The notes under the pieces are model-generated. The model saw only the letters and a list, made by a program, of their open reading frames with translations. It did no database searches and was not told the DNA's origin. 64,000 nt of DNA from an uncultured bacterium (GTDB lineage: Bacteria; Acidobacteriota; Thermoanaerobaculia; Multivoradales; JAHZIX01), in the NCBI GenBank assembly GCA_965368975.1, contig CBDUPA010000021.1:50352-114351 (forward strand), given 5' to 3'. The position numbers and the translations under genes were made by a program. This document shows, piece after piece, positions 29,666-41,752 of this stretch (its first letter is position 1; each line of letters opens with the position of its first letter).

Positions 29666-31560
29666 CCGCCATCCTCGGAATCTCTGCCTTCTACCATGAT
29701 TCCGCCGCCGCCCTGGTGGTGGACGGGGAGATCGTCGCGGCAGCCCAGGAGGAGCGGTTCACGCGCAAGAAGCACGACTTCGAATTCCCCACCAACGCCA
29801 TCCGCTACTGCCTGGAAGAAGCCGGCCTGACGCCCGAGCAGCTCGACTACGTCGGCTTCTACGACAAGCCCTACCTCAAATTCGATCGCCTGCTCGAGAC
29901 CTACCTGGCCTACGCACCGGCCGGCTTCCGCTCCTTCCTGCAGGCCATGCCACTGTGGCTGCACCAGAAGCTGCACCTGCCGCGCGAGATGCGCAAAGGG
30001 CTCGATTGGGGAGACGCTGGAGGCAAGTACAGCAAGCGTTTCGTGTTCACCGAGCATCACGAGTCGCACGCCGCCTCCGCCTTCTTCGCCTCGCCCTTCG
30101 AGAAGGCCGCCATCCTGACCCTCGACGGCGTCGGCGAATGGGCCACGGCCAGCTTTGGGCAGGGCTCCGGCAACCGCATCGAGCTGACGCACGAGCTGCA
30201 CTTCCCGCATTCGCTCGGTTTGCTCTACTCCGCCTTCACCTACTACTGCGGCTTCAAGGTGAACTCGGGCGAGTACAAGCTGATGGGCCTGGCGCCCTAC
30301 GGTGAGCCCAAGTACAAGGACCTCATCCTCGACCGCCTGCTCGACCTCAAGGACGACGGTTCCTTCCGCATGGATATGGCGTACTTCAACTACTGCCAGG
30401 GCCTGACCATGACGTCGAGCCGCTTCCACGACCTGTTCGGCGGGCCACCGCGGCAGCCAGAAACGCCGCTCAGCGAGCGCCAGATGGACCTGGCGGCCTC
30501 GATCCAGGCGGTGACCGAAGAGATCATGCTACGCGCCGCGCGCCATGTGCACGCACAGACCGGCCTCGACAAGCTGGTCCTGGCCGGCGGCGTCGCGCTC
30601 AACTGCGTCGGCAACGGTCGGTTGCTGCGCGAAGGGCCATTCTCCGAGATCTGGGTACAGCCGGCCGCCGGTGACGCTGGTGGCGCGCTGGGCACCGCCC
30701 TGTTCATCTGGCACCAGCTGCTCGACAAGCCGCGGCAGCCTCCCGCCGCCGACCCCGACGGCCGACACCGGCGCGACCTGATGCGCGGCTCGCTGCTCGG
30801 CCCCGCCTTTCGGGTCGAGGAGATCCAGGCGTTCCTCGACCAGCAAGGCGCTAGCTACCAGCTCTACGACAGCGACCAGGCCCTGTGCGACGCCGTCGCC
30901 GGCCTGCTGGCCGAGGAGAACGTGGTCGGCTGGTTCCAGGGCCGCATGGAATTTGGCCCGCGTGCCCTCGGGAGTCGCAGCATCTTGGGCGACGCGCGAA
31001 GCCGCCAGATGCAGTCGGTGATGAACCTGAAGATCAAGTTCCGCGAGTCCTTCCGCCCGTTCGCACCCGTGGTGCTACGCGAGCGCGTCGCGGACTATTT
31101 CGATGCCCGGCAGGAAGAGGACAGCCCCTACATGCTGCTGGTCACCACCGTGCGTGAAGACCGGCGGCTGTCGGTTCCCGACCTGCTGCCGGACGGCTCC
31201 CCCGCCAAGGGTCTCGACCTGCTCAAGTTGCCGCGCTCCCAAGTACCGGCGATCACCCACGTCGACGACTCGGCGCGCCTGCAAACCGCCGACGCCGAGC
31301 GTCACGGCCGCTACCATCAACTGTTGCGTGCCTTCGAAGCGCGTACCGGCTGCCCGGTGCTGATCAACACCAGCTTCAACGTGCGCGGTGAGCCGATCGT
31401 GTGCAGCCCGCAGGAGGCCTACCACTGCTTCCTGGCCACCAACATGGATGTCCTCGTGCTCGATCGCTGCGTCCTGCTCAGGAACGCCCAGCCGCAAGCC
31501 CACCTCGACGGACCGTCCGTCGACCGCGACGCCTACCTGGCGCAGTTCGAACTGGACTGA
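29662..31560 (+). CDS. O-carbamoyltransferase, NodU/CmcH/SxtI family
   Basis: ISAFYHDSAAA, QEERFTRKKHD, HHESHAAS, GGVALNC, EFGPRALG, KFRESFRPFAP, NTSFNVRGEP. Confidence 0.95.
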   Translation: MTAILGISAFYHDSAAALVVDGEIVAAAQEERFTRKKHDFEFPTNAIRYCLEEAGLTPEQLDYVGFYDKPYLKFDRLLETYLAYAPAGFRSFLQAMPLWLHQKLHLPREMRKGLDWGDAGGKYSKRFVFTEHHESHAASAFFASPFEKAAILTLDGVGEWATASFGQGSGNRIELTHELHFPHSLGLLYSAFTYYCGFKVNSGEYKLMGLAPYGEPKYKDLILDRLLDLKDDGSFRMDMAYFNYCQGLTMTSSRFHDLFGGPPRQPETPLSERQMDLAASIQAVTEEIMLRAARHVHAQTGLDKLVLAGGVALNCVGNGRLLREGPFSEIWVQPAAGDAGGALGTALFIWHQLLDKPRQPPAADPDGRHRRDLMRGSLLGPAFRVEEIQAFLDQQGASYQLYDSDQALCDAVAGLLAEENVVGWFQGRMEFGPRALGSRSILGDARSRQMQSVMNLKIKFRESFRPFAPVVLRERVADYFDARQEEDSPYMLLVTTVREDRRLSVPDLLPDGSPAKGLDLLKLPRSQVPAITHVDDSARLQTADAERHGRYHQLLRAFEARTGCPVLINTSFNVRGEPIVCSPQEAYHCFLATNMDVLVLDRCVLLRNAQPQAHLDGPSVDRDAYLAQFELD

Positions 31561-31604
31561 TGAGTAATTGAGCTGATGCGTAAGCTGGACGAAGGAGCGG
31601 CACC

Positions 31605-32027
31605 ATGATTCAAATCAATCGTAATCTCAGCGCGCGTCAGCTGCGCACCTTCGGCCTGCTGTGGCTGCTGTTCTTCGGCTTCTTCGCCTACCGCCTGTGG
31701 CACGCTGGCTGGCAGACCACGGGCTCGGCGCTCGCCGCCGCTGCCCTGCTGGTACCCTTGATCGGCTGGTGGTGGCTGCCGCTGCTACGGTGGGCCTACA
31801 TCGGCCTCAGCTACGCCGTCTTCCCGATCGGCTGGCTGGTCTCGCACTTGCTGCTGGCCATCGTTTACTATGGGGTCTTGACCCCGATCGGCCTCAGCCT
31901 GCGCCTGTTCGGCAAAGACCTGCTGCAGCGGCGCCTCGATCCCAAGACGCAGGGCAGCAGCGGCGCCAGTTACTGGATCGAACGTCCACCACCGCCACGG
32001 GCCGAGCGCTACTTCCGACAGTTCTGA
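31605..32027 (+). CDS. SxtJ family membrane protein
   Basis: LRTFG, YYGVLTPIGL..RLFGKD, SYW, RQF terminus. Follows the carbamoyltransferase. Confidence 0.85.
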   Translation: MIQINRNLSARQLRTFGLLWLLFFGFFAYRLWHAGWQTTGSALAAAALLVPLIGWWWLPLLRWAYIGLSYAVFPIGWLVSHLLLAIVYYGVLTPIGLSLRLFGKDLLQRRLDPKTQGSSGASYWIERPPPPRAERYFRQF

Positions 32028-32084
32028 CCGCGCCTTTCCCAGCGCACCCATCACACAACCGTCGCCGTTCCAGCAAGGAGCCGC

Positions 32085-32369
32085 ATGATGCCTGCACCCG
32101 AGAGCCAGGATTCGCCCGCCACCTCCCAGCAGCCCGCTTCTACGCAGACGGGTGCTCAGCAGACGGGTGCTCAGCGGACGGGCGTCGAGAGCGAGTTCGA
32201 GCGTGCTGCCACGGGCAAGCAAGCCGGCCTGTTGCAAGAGCTGTGGGGCTTCGTCTGGGAAAGCAAGAAGTGGTGGTTGACGCCGATCCTACTGGTGCTG
32301 CTCCTGCTCGCGGCGTTCGTCCTCTTCGGTGGCGGCTCCGCCGCGCCTTTCATCTACACCCTTTTCTGA
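32085..32369 (+). CDS. DUF5989 (SxtK-like) small membrane protein
   Basis: ELWGFVWESKKWWLTPI...APFIYTLF. Low-complexity N-terminus with QTGAQ repeats. Confidence 0.88.
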   Translation: MMPAPESQDSPATSQQPASTQTGAQQTGAQRTGVESEFERAATGKQAGLLQELWGFVWESKKWWLTPILLVLLLLAAFVLFGGGSAAPFIYTLF

Positions 32370-32384
32370 GTCTCCGGAGTCCGC

Positions 32385-34022
32385 ATGAGCCTTGAAATCA
32401 ATCAAATCCCGCACCGCGTGCTGCGCAAGTTGCACGCCAACCAGGCCGTCGTGCTGACTACCGGCCACCTGGGCGACAAGGTTCTGGTCTCCACCAGCCT
32501 CGACCCCGGCGACCTCTACGAGACGTCCGAGCTGAGCAGCTTCGCCGAGTGCCGGCGGCAGGAGAACGTGCACTCGATCACCATGACCATCCTCAAGGTC
32601 GACCGCGAGGTGATCCTGGAGTCGACCAGCCACCTGGAGAGCCGCTACCGCATCATCTCCGAGCTGGACACCCTCCTGCAGTACAACCAGGACGTCTACG
32701 TGGTCTACGTGATCACCCACTACAACCCAGCTCAGAAGCCCTTCGGCCCCCTGACCATCAACATCGGCGGCGACTGCCACCGCACCGGCCGGCACATCCG
32801 CGACCTGCAGTCCATCCTGACGCGCACGCGCGACCTGGCCGAGGCGATGCTCAAGAAGTCCGTGATGATCTTCCCCGACATCCCGGCACTGCACGGCGGC
32901 AAGAAGGGCGAGTGGATCATCCTCGACCGTCACGGTGACAAGATCGATGGCCTGTCCGAAGAAGCCATCATCGCGCTCGGCTCGGCGATCATCCCCAAGG
33001 GTATTGGCTTCCTCAACCGCTACAAAGAGATGCAAGCGCGCGACATGGGGATCTGCGAACGCTTCCCGCGGCAAAACTACATCATGCCCGACAGCGGCTC
33101 ACCGGACGTCCTCTCCGGCGTCTTCTGGCGCGGCGAGCGCAAAGACAAGTACATCAATATGTGCGACGCCTGGTACCAGCGCGGCACCAACATGGCACAG
33201 TTCACCTGCCTGCCCGCCAACCTCGGCGGCACCATCGACTCGTCGGCCCGGCCCACCGGCTACGGCGTCAGCACCACCACGGTCGAGCTGGCCAAGCGTT
33301 ATTTCGAGCCGCGTGGTCGCGACCTGCAGTCGTTGCAGTTTCTGCTCGAGGCCGCCGGCAACGTCGGGCAGAACACCATCGAGTCCCTGATCCAGCAGTA
33401 CGGCGTGCCGCCCGAGAACATCACCGTCTTCGACCGCGCCGACCCGGCGACCAAGGCGGCGATGGAAAAGTACCGCGTCAACGGCATCACCCTGCGCCAC
33501 GGCGACTTCTACGAAGTCCGCCTGCCCGAAGAGGTACGTCAAGGTAAGAGCTACGACGTGTGGGTGAACAACGGCGAGGGCGACAACACCACGCCCAGCT
33601 ACGTCGACAATCTGCTGGCGGCCGGCGTCAAGGTCTTCGCCGGTGGCGCCAACAACCTGCTACAGGTACGCACCGAGACCGAGTCCCGCCAGCGCATCTT
33701 CGACGCCGGCGGTTGGATCTGGCCCGATCCCGCGACCAGCGGTGGCGGCTGGACCCTGGCGGTGATCGACATCATGACCCGCTGCCAGAACCGCAAGACC
33801 AACACCCCGGAGATCCAGCAGCGCATCCTCGACATCATCACCAGCCGCAACCGCCGCCTGGTCGAGGACGTGCTCGACGGCAACTCCGAACTCAGCGGCA
33901 GCGACATCTGGAAGCGCGTCGACCGCCTGATCGAGGCACGCGTGCAGAAGACCCTGTCCCTGGATCTCTCGCCACGCGAGATCTTCGACGGCGCCGATAC
34001 AACCAAGTGGGCGTTGGTCTGA
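32385..34022 (+). CDS. Highly divergent Glu/Leu/Phe/Val(Trp) dehydrogenase-like protein
   Basis: Colinear motifs: LAEAMLKK, HGGKKG, PTGYGV, EAAGNVG, AGGANNLL, PDPATSGGG. Confidence 0.6.
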   Translation: MSLEINQIPHRVLRKLHANQAVVLTTGHLGDKVLVSTSLDPGDLYETSELSSFAECRRQENVHSITMTILKVDREVILESTSHLESRYRIISELDTLLQYNQDVYVVYVITHYNPAQKPFGPLTINIGGDCHRTGRHIRDLQSILTRTRDLAEAMLKKSVMIFPDIPALHGGKKGEWIILDRHGDKIDGLSEEAIIALGSAIIPKGIGFLNRYKEMQARDMGICERFPRQNYIMPDSGSPDVLSGVFWRGERKDKYINMCDAWYQRGTNMAQFTCLPANLGGTIDSSARPTGYGVSTTTVELAKRYFEPRGRDLQSLQFLLEAAGNVGQNTIESLIQQYGVPPENITVFDRADPATKAAMEKYRVNGITLRHGDFYEVRLPEEVRQGKSYDVWVNNGEGDNTTPSYVDNLLAAGVKVFAGGANNLLQVRTETESRQRIFDAGGWIWPDPATSGGGWTLAVIDIMTRCQNRKTNTPEIQQRILDIITSRNRRLVEDVLDGNSELSGSDIWKRVDRLIEARVQKTLSLDLSPREIFDGADTTKWALV

Positions 34023-34122
34023 CGACCAACCGCACTTGATCGTATCCTTCGTTTGCTAGGGGCCCTCGGCGACCCCCCTCCTATTCGCGGCTCCGCCGCG
34101 GGGACCAAGTGGGCGTTGGTCT
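34002..34122. repeat. 19-bp direct repeat flanking an 83-bp palindrome-rich REP/MITE-like segment
   Basis: ACCAAGTGGGCGTTGGTCT at 34002-34020 and 34104-34122. Confidence 0.7.
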
Positions 34123-34204
34123 AGAACCAGGTCCGCATTCCGGTGTAGGGACAGGCCAATGTGCCTGCCCTGCGGCGTAGCCGCATCCGGATCCCGTAAC
34201 CTGG

Positions 34205-34244
34205 AAAAGGCGAATGCCACCAGGCTCAGGGCTCGGTGGCATTC
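34205..34244 (-). terminator. Probable terminator of the TPR gene
   Basis: GAATGCCACC...GGTGGCATTC stem followed by GCCTTTTCC on the minus strand. Confidence 0.55.
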
Positions 34245-34324
34245 TCTTCTCGGTCTCCGCCAGGTCAACTCAAAGCAAACAACAAGGCATTACTTCTGCT
34301 CGGCGCGCTTGTGCTGGGTGCGGC

Positions 34325-35656
34325 TCACTTCTGCTGCACACGGCTGAGCGCGCCAGAGAGCTCTTCGATCAGGGTTGCGGACACCTGCTCCATGTGGGCC
34401 GCCTTCTGGAACACGATGAGCGCGGCCATGGCCTCGCGGTGCAATTCCAGTGACTGGAAGATGGGCAGGGTCTCTTCGGCCAGCTGACGCATGGCGGTGA
34501 CGCGGCCCTGGCGAGCGTAGATGCTGGCCAGGTCGAGCGACACCCAGGCGGCGTCGTAGCCGATTTCGTGGTCGATGAACGCACGCCGGACATCCACCAG
34601 GGCGGATTCGGCATCGTCGATCTGACCAGCGGCGATGGAAATGCGACCTTCCAGCCAGCGCAGGCGGACCAGGTCCAGCTCGTTGGCGAACTGACGGTGC
34701 AGGTCGCGGGTCTCTTCGAGCAGGTTCAGCGCTTCCTGCTGCTGCCCCTTCTCGCTCAGGTAGAAGCACAGGTTGTGGGTCGCCACCAGCATCAGGCGCG
34801 GTTCCTGCTCGGGCTCGATCCAGGCCAGGCCCCTGCGCAGCAGACGAACCGCCTCCTCGGTGTGGTCCTGCTTGCCGGCCAGCAGGCCCTGTCCGATCAG
34901 CACGCGACCTTCCAGGTGGCGATCCTCCAGCTTGCGGTACAGAAGGGCAGCACGCTGCAGGCAATGGGTCGCGTCCTTGAGCCGGTGGTTGTCGCGGAAC
35001 AGCGACGCCTTCAGCTCGAAGATACGGCCCTTCTCCAGTGGATCACCGCTCCCCTTCTGGATCAGCGATTCGGCCAGGTCGAACGCCTTCTCGGCACCGT
35101 GCAGGTCCGAGCGGATACGGCGGGCATTGCCCAGCATTGCCCAGGCGCGCGCCTTGATGTCGTACGCCAGGGGTGCCGAGCAGGTCTCGACATCCAGCTC
35201 ATAGGCCATGCTCACCGCCACCTCGGCCAGCTGTAGCGCTCGGTGCGGATCCTGCACGCACGCGTGCCAGGAGCGCTCCAGAATCAGCTCGCACAGCGAC
35301 CAGCTGCGGAAGCGGGAGTCGTTGCACACCATCAGGCGCTGCTGCTCCAGCGGCCGCCGGGTCAGCTCTTCGAACAGGTGCTCGGCGGTTTCCGTGTCGG
35401 CGCTCAGCTGGCTTTCCCAATCGAAAGCACGGCTGGTCATGCGCATCCAGGACGCCGTGTACAGGTGCTCGAAATCTTCGTCCAGACCTGCCATGTCAGT
35501 CAGATCAGACGTCATTTCGGTGCCTTCGGTCGCTTCGTACCAGGCAGTGTCGTCGTCACGCCTCAGCGCGGCACGCACCATCGAGCAAGCCTCTTCCGGC
35601 GTTAGATCGAAATCCAGTTTCCAGAGTTGCGACCGATCCAAACTGCTCGAAGTCAT
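34325..35656 (-). CDS. TPR-repeat protein, paralogue of 44130..45374
   Basis: Helical repeats: ARAWAMLGNARRI, ATHNLCFYL, LRWLEGRI, YDAAWVSLDLA. GGGAGG RBS. Confidence 0.8.
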   Translation of the reverse strand: MTSSSLDRSQLWKLDFDLTPEEACSMVRAALRRDDDTAWYEATEGTEMTSDLTDMAGLDEDFEHLYTASWMRMTSRAFDWESQLSADTETAEHLFEELTRRPLEQQRLMVCNDSRFRSWSLCELILERSWHACVQDPHRALQLAEVAVSMAYELDVETCSAPLAYDIKARAWAMLGNARRIRSDLHGAEKAFDLAESLIQKGSGDPLEKGRIFELKASLFRDNHRLKDATHCLQRAALLYRKLEDRHLEGRVLIGQGLLAGKQDHTEEAVRLLRRGLAWIEPEQEPRLMLVATHNLCFYLSEKGQQQEALNLLEETRDLHRQFANELDLVRLRWLEGRISIAAGQIDDAESALVDVRRAFIDHEIGYDAAWVSLDLASIYARQGRVTAMRQLAEETLPIFQSLELHREAMAALIVFQKAAHMEQVSATLIEELSGALSRVQQK

Positions 35657-35980
35657 CACCAGACCTCCCCCCGTGTTTATCGGACATCTCATACGGGGCT
35701 TCGATCGAGATGAACCGGGCTGGTTTTCCGAAATGGAAAACCTTCAACCTAATATCACATGCTTATCAAAGAAGTCTCACGACTCTGGGCCGCTGACTGT
35801 CCTCTTTCTTGGGGCTCTTGTCGCCCTTCGCCATGATCAGCTCGCTCTAGGCTCTGAGATTCAGGTGAGCTGAGATCAGCCGCACTAGATCGAGCTGTGG
35901 CAATTATCCATTTGGGTCAAGTGTCGGGCCGGCGTCGAGACAACCTTCGATCACCGCGTGACGCTGAGCACAAACACTGA

Positions 35981-36036
35981 CTGGGCTGTTCCGGTGCACT
36001 GGAATGTTCCGGTGCATTAGGCTGTTTCGGTGCGTC
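35981..36036. repeat. 18-bp degenerate tandem repeat x3, intergenic
   Basis: CTGGGCTGTTCCGGTGCA / CTGGAATGTTCCGGTGCA / TTAGGCTGTTTCGGTGCG. Confidence 0.7.
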
Positions 36037-36247
36037 GGCTTTTGGACTTTCATCGCTTTTGCATCCGATCCGAGACCATCCATGAGGTTTGCGTCACATC
36101 CAAGAGCTGAAGGGAAGTCTCCGCCCGGCCTTGGATCTTCACGTCGGCGGTGAGGTCGTCCTGCACCTGCCTTCAGTAGATCTAGTGCATACGACCCTGC
36201 AGAGTGGGACAAGATTTTCCGATTTGGTTCGCTTTTCAAGATACGGA

Positions 36248-36985
36248 CTACCAATATATGCCTAGATCTGCCAGCTGCTGCTCGAAGAGCGGGGCCCAGC
36301 CAGCGTTGGCCTGAGGGTTCGCGGGACTGGGATGCAACACCCGTCCAACGTTGTCCGCAACACGCGGTGGCAGCGCTGCCTGGGCACGGGTTTCGGCGAA
36401 GCGGCCGATGCCGATCACCCGTCGCGGCTCCAGCACCTCGACGAGCGCGGCCAGGGCCCGGTCGCAGGCTTCGTAGAGAGCAGCGCGCTCCTCCGCCTTC
36501 AGGCGGTCCGGCGTACGGTTGCGGCCAGTGTCCTCGAGGAAGATCAGTGGACAGTAGTTGGCGATGAAGAAGTGTTCGAAGAAGCGGTCCGGCGTGCCGA
36601 AGGTGTCGTGCGCCCACCCCCACAATCGCTTGCCGCTCGGCTCGCGTCGAGTGCAGGCAAAGCCCAGGACAGGGCGCTTGGGGTGCTCGTCGGGCGGCTT
36701 GGCGACCGGCGCCTCAATGCCGAGCCAGTCGCGCACCAGTTCGACTTCACCGAAGGGCACACCGGTCTGCGCCATGCCCCACGGCCCCGGGTTCATACCC
36801 AGCAGCAACACCCGATCTCGACCGGCCCGCGAACCCAGACCGGCGAAGCGGCGCAGATACTCGGCGAAGGGCACGGCAGCATAGACCAGGGGGTTGTAGA
36901 CGTGCGTCACCGGTGCGGCGAAGCGCATGCGATCGAGCTCGCCGATCAACTGCTCGTGGATGGACTGAATTCGCTCGAGCATCAC
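36248..36985 (-). CDS. SMUG1-like (family 3) uracil-DNA glycosylase
   Basis: VYNPLVYA, GMNPGPWGMAQTGVPFG, EPSGKRLW, NYCPL, LHPSPANP. Confidence 0.93.
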   Translation of the reverse strand: MMLERIQSIHEQLIGELDRMRFAAPVTHVYNPLVYAAVPFAEYLRRFAGLGSRAGRDRVLLLGMNPGPWGMAQTGVPFGEVELVRDWLGIEAPVAKPPDEHPKRPVLGFACTRREPSGKRLWGWAHDTFGTPDRFFEHFFIANYCPLIFLEDTGRNRTPDRLKAEERAALYEACDRALAALVEVLEPRRVIGIGRFAETRAQAALPPRVADNVGRVLHPSPANPQANAGWAPLFEQQLADLGIYW

Positions 36986-38325
36986 TTCACTTTCATGACC
37001 ACCAGGGTGACGTCATCGGCCTGCTCGGCGTCCCCTTTGAAGTTCCACAGATCCGCCAGGATGCCATCGCGGATGTCGCGTGGACCCCGACCATCGGCCG
37101 CCAGCGTGCGGAAGCGCCGCACCAGGCGCTCGTCCCCGAACAGGTCCCCGCGCCTGTCGCGCAGCTCGGTGATGCCGTCCGAGTAGAAGAGCAGCACGTC
37201 CCCCGGGGCCAGCTCGACTTCCGCCTGACTGTAGCGTGCGTTGGCGAGGCAGCCCAACGGCAGCGCCGGCAAAGCATGCTCGGCAACACCACCGGTAGCC
37301 GCGACGTAGTGCATCGGTGGCAGGTGGCCGGCACTCGACAACACCATGCGGCCGGCACCGCGGTCGACCACGGCACACAGGAGAGTGATGAACAGACGGC
37401 GGTCCGTGGTCGCTTTGACCATGCGGTTGAGCCGCTGCATCACTTCCACCGGCAACGGCAGGCTCTCGCGCAGCAGGTACAGACAGCTACGGACACCCGA
37501 GATCAGCAAGCCGGCCGCCACCCCGTGTCCGGCGACGTCTCCGACCACGATACTGAGTCGACCGTCGGGCAGCCGTAGATAGTCGTAGTAGTCGCCCCCC
37601 ACCTCCGTCGCCGGCAGCGACGCACTGCTCAGTTCCAGGCCCGGCACCGCCGGATCGCTGCCCGGCAGCATGCTCAGCTGGATACGGCGCGCGTACTCGA
37701 GTTCCTGCCGCATGCGCGTGCGCTCCCGGTGCTGACGCACCTCGCGCGCCCACTCGCTGACGAAACGCCGGCGCATCCGCTGCGTCCAGCTCATGCCCGC
37801 CACCAAGGCGATCAGGGTCACGATGCCGAAGACGATGAAAGCCCGCGTCTGCACCAACTCCTCGAGCGGTTGCGGGAAGAGCAGGTAGCGCGCCAGTGCA
37901 CCAGCCCACAGCACACCGCCGCTGAGCAGCAGGACTTCCATGGTCGCCAGCCGGAACGCCAACAAGGCGATCGGCACCAGGTACTCCCAGAACACCATCC
38001 CCTGCCCGAGGTACAGCGTCAGGCCCAGCGCCAGCAGGTACTCCGCCAGCACGAAGCCGAGAATGGCGTAGCGCAAGAAGCGATCGAAGGTCGGCCGTTC
38101 GATCAGCAGCGACAAACCGCGCAGCAGCAGTAGGTTGAGCACCGGCGGCACGAGCAGTGTCCAGCGCTCGGTGCCGAGGAAGAGCAGCAGCGCCAACGCC
38201 GACACCCCAGCCAGCAGGAACATGAGGTGCTCTAGCACCCAGACGTTCCACGCGTCCAGGTGCCGCCGCACCGCCTTGTCCTCAGGCAGGTGGATCAGCT
38301 CGTCCATAGAAGGGGTCGGCGCCAT
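36982..38325 (-). CDS. Membrane-bound PP2C/SpoIIE (RsbU-like) Ser/Thr phosphatase
   Basis: TM N-terminus, ARRIQLSMLP, VGGDYYD, GDVAGHG, SAGH, YSDGITE, DDVTLV. Confidence 0.92.
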   Translation of the reverse strand: MAPTPSMDELIHLPEDKAVRRHLDAWNVWVLEHLMFLLAGVSALALLLFLGTERWTLLVPPVLNLLLLRGLSLLIERPTFDRFLRYAILGFVLAEYLLALGLTLYLGQGMVFWEYLVPIALLAFRLATMEVLLLSGGVLWAGALARYLLFPQPLEELVQTRAFIVFGIVTLIALVAGMSWTQRMRRRFVSEWAREVRQHRERTRMRQELEYARRIQLSMLPGSDPAVPGLELSSASLPATEVGGDYYDYLRLPDGRLSIVVGDVAGHGVAAGLLISGVRSCLYLLRESLPLPVEVMQRLNRMVKATTDRRLFITLLCAVVDRGAGRMVLSSAGHLPPMHYVAATGGVAEHALPALPLGCLANARYSQAEVELAPGDVLLFYSDGITELRDRRGDLFGDERLVRRFRTLAADGRGPRDIRDGILADLWNFKGDAEQADDVTLVVMKVK

Positions 38326-38347
38326 AGGAAGCCAAAGACTAGCAGGT

Positions 38348-40858
<2,511 letters not shown>

Positions 40859-40987
40859 GACGAAGTCAGTGTAGCAGGCGTCCATTCGAAGCTGAGCGAC
40901 GAAGAAGATAGCATCGGCACGATCGCACCTCGGACAGCCGAGCCAATCCCCTCACCCTCAGAACCCAGACACCAACGGAGGTCCCCC

Positions 40988-41752
40988 GTGCACCGATTCT
41001 TCGCCTCACACCTCGCCAGCATCCTGCTCGCGACCGCCCTGCTGCCCACCGCGGCAACCGCCGTCGAGCCCGGCTCCGATCCCAAGGCCATCGCCCTCGC
41101 CGAGGCCACCGTCGAAGCCATGGGCGGACAAGCCGCCTGGGACGCCACGCGTCACATCTGCTTCACCTTCGTCCACCGCCGCCACCACTGCTGGGACAAG
41201 TACACCGGCGACCACCGTATGAGCCTGGAAGACGACGGCAAGTCTGTCGTCGTACTGCACAACATCGACAGCCGCGAAGGTGAGGTCTACATCGACGGCC
41301 AGGCACAGAGCGGGGACACCCAGCAAGAGTGGCTGGACAACGCCTACGGCGCCTGGATCAACGACACCTACTGGCTGGTGATGCCCTACAAGCTGCTCGA
41401 CCCCGGTGTCACGCTCACCTATGACCGCGCCGAGGAACTCGGCGGCACCCTCTACGATGTCCTCGAGCTCCAGTTCCAGAACGTCGGCCTGACGCCGGGC
41501 GACACTTACTGGGCCTTCCTGGACCGCGAGACCGGCCTGATGGGTCGCTGGGAGTACCATCTGCAGAGCTACGGCGCCGACGATCCACCGACCGGCTGGA
41601 ACTGGACCGGTTGGGCTCCCCATGGCAACATCCTGCTCGCCCCCGGCCGCAAGAACGACGCCGGCCGTGAACTCCCCCTGACCGACATCGCGGTGTATGA
41701 CGAGCTGCCGGAAGCGGTGTATGCGTCGGTGGCGGGGGCGGACTTGCCCTGA
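40988..41752 (+). CDS. Secreted hypothetical protein (DUF6503 / LolA-like fold possible)
   Basis: GGAGG RBS, GTG start, signal peptide, EAMGGQAAW, WINDTYWLVMPYKLLDPGV, GLTPGDTY. Confidence 0.7.
   Translation: MHRFFASHLASILLATALLPTAATAVEPGSDPKAIALAEATVEAMGGQAAWDATRHICFTFVHRRHHCWDKYTGDHRMSLEDDGKSVVVLHNIDSREGEVYIDGQAQSGDTQQEWLDNAYGAWINDTYWLVMPYKLLDPGVTLTYDRAEELGGTLYDVLELQFQNVGLTPGDTYWAFLDRETGLMGRWEYHLQSYGADDPPTGWNWTGWAPHGNILLAPGRKNDAGRELPLTDIAVYDELPEAVYASVAGADLP

Noticed and set aside
29662-32369. Saxitoxin gene cluster
   Set aside because: Only the SxtI/J/K-like trio is present. No sxtA, sxtG or sxtB-like genes.
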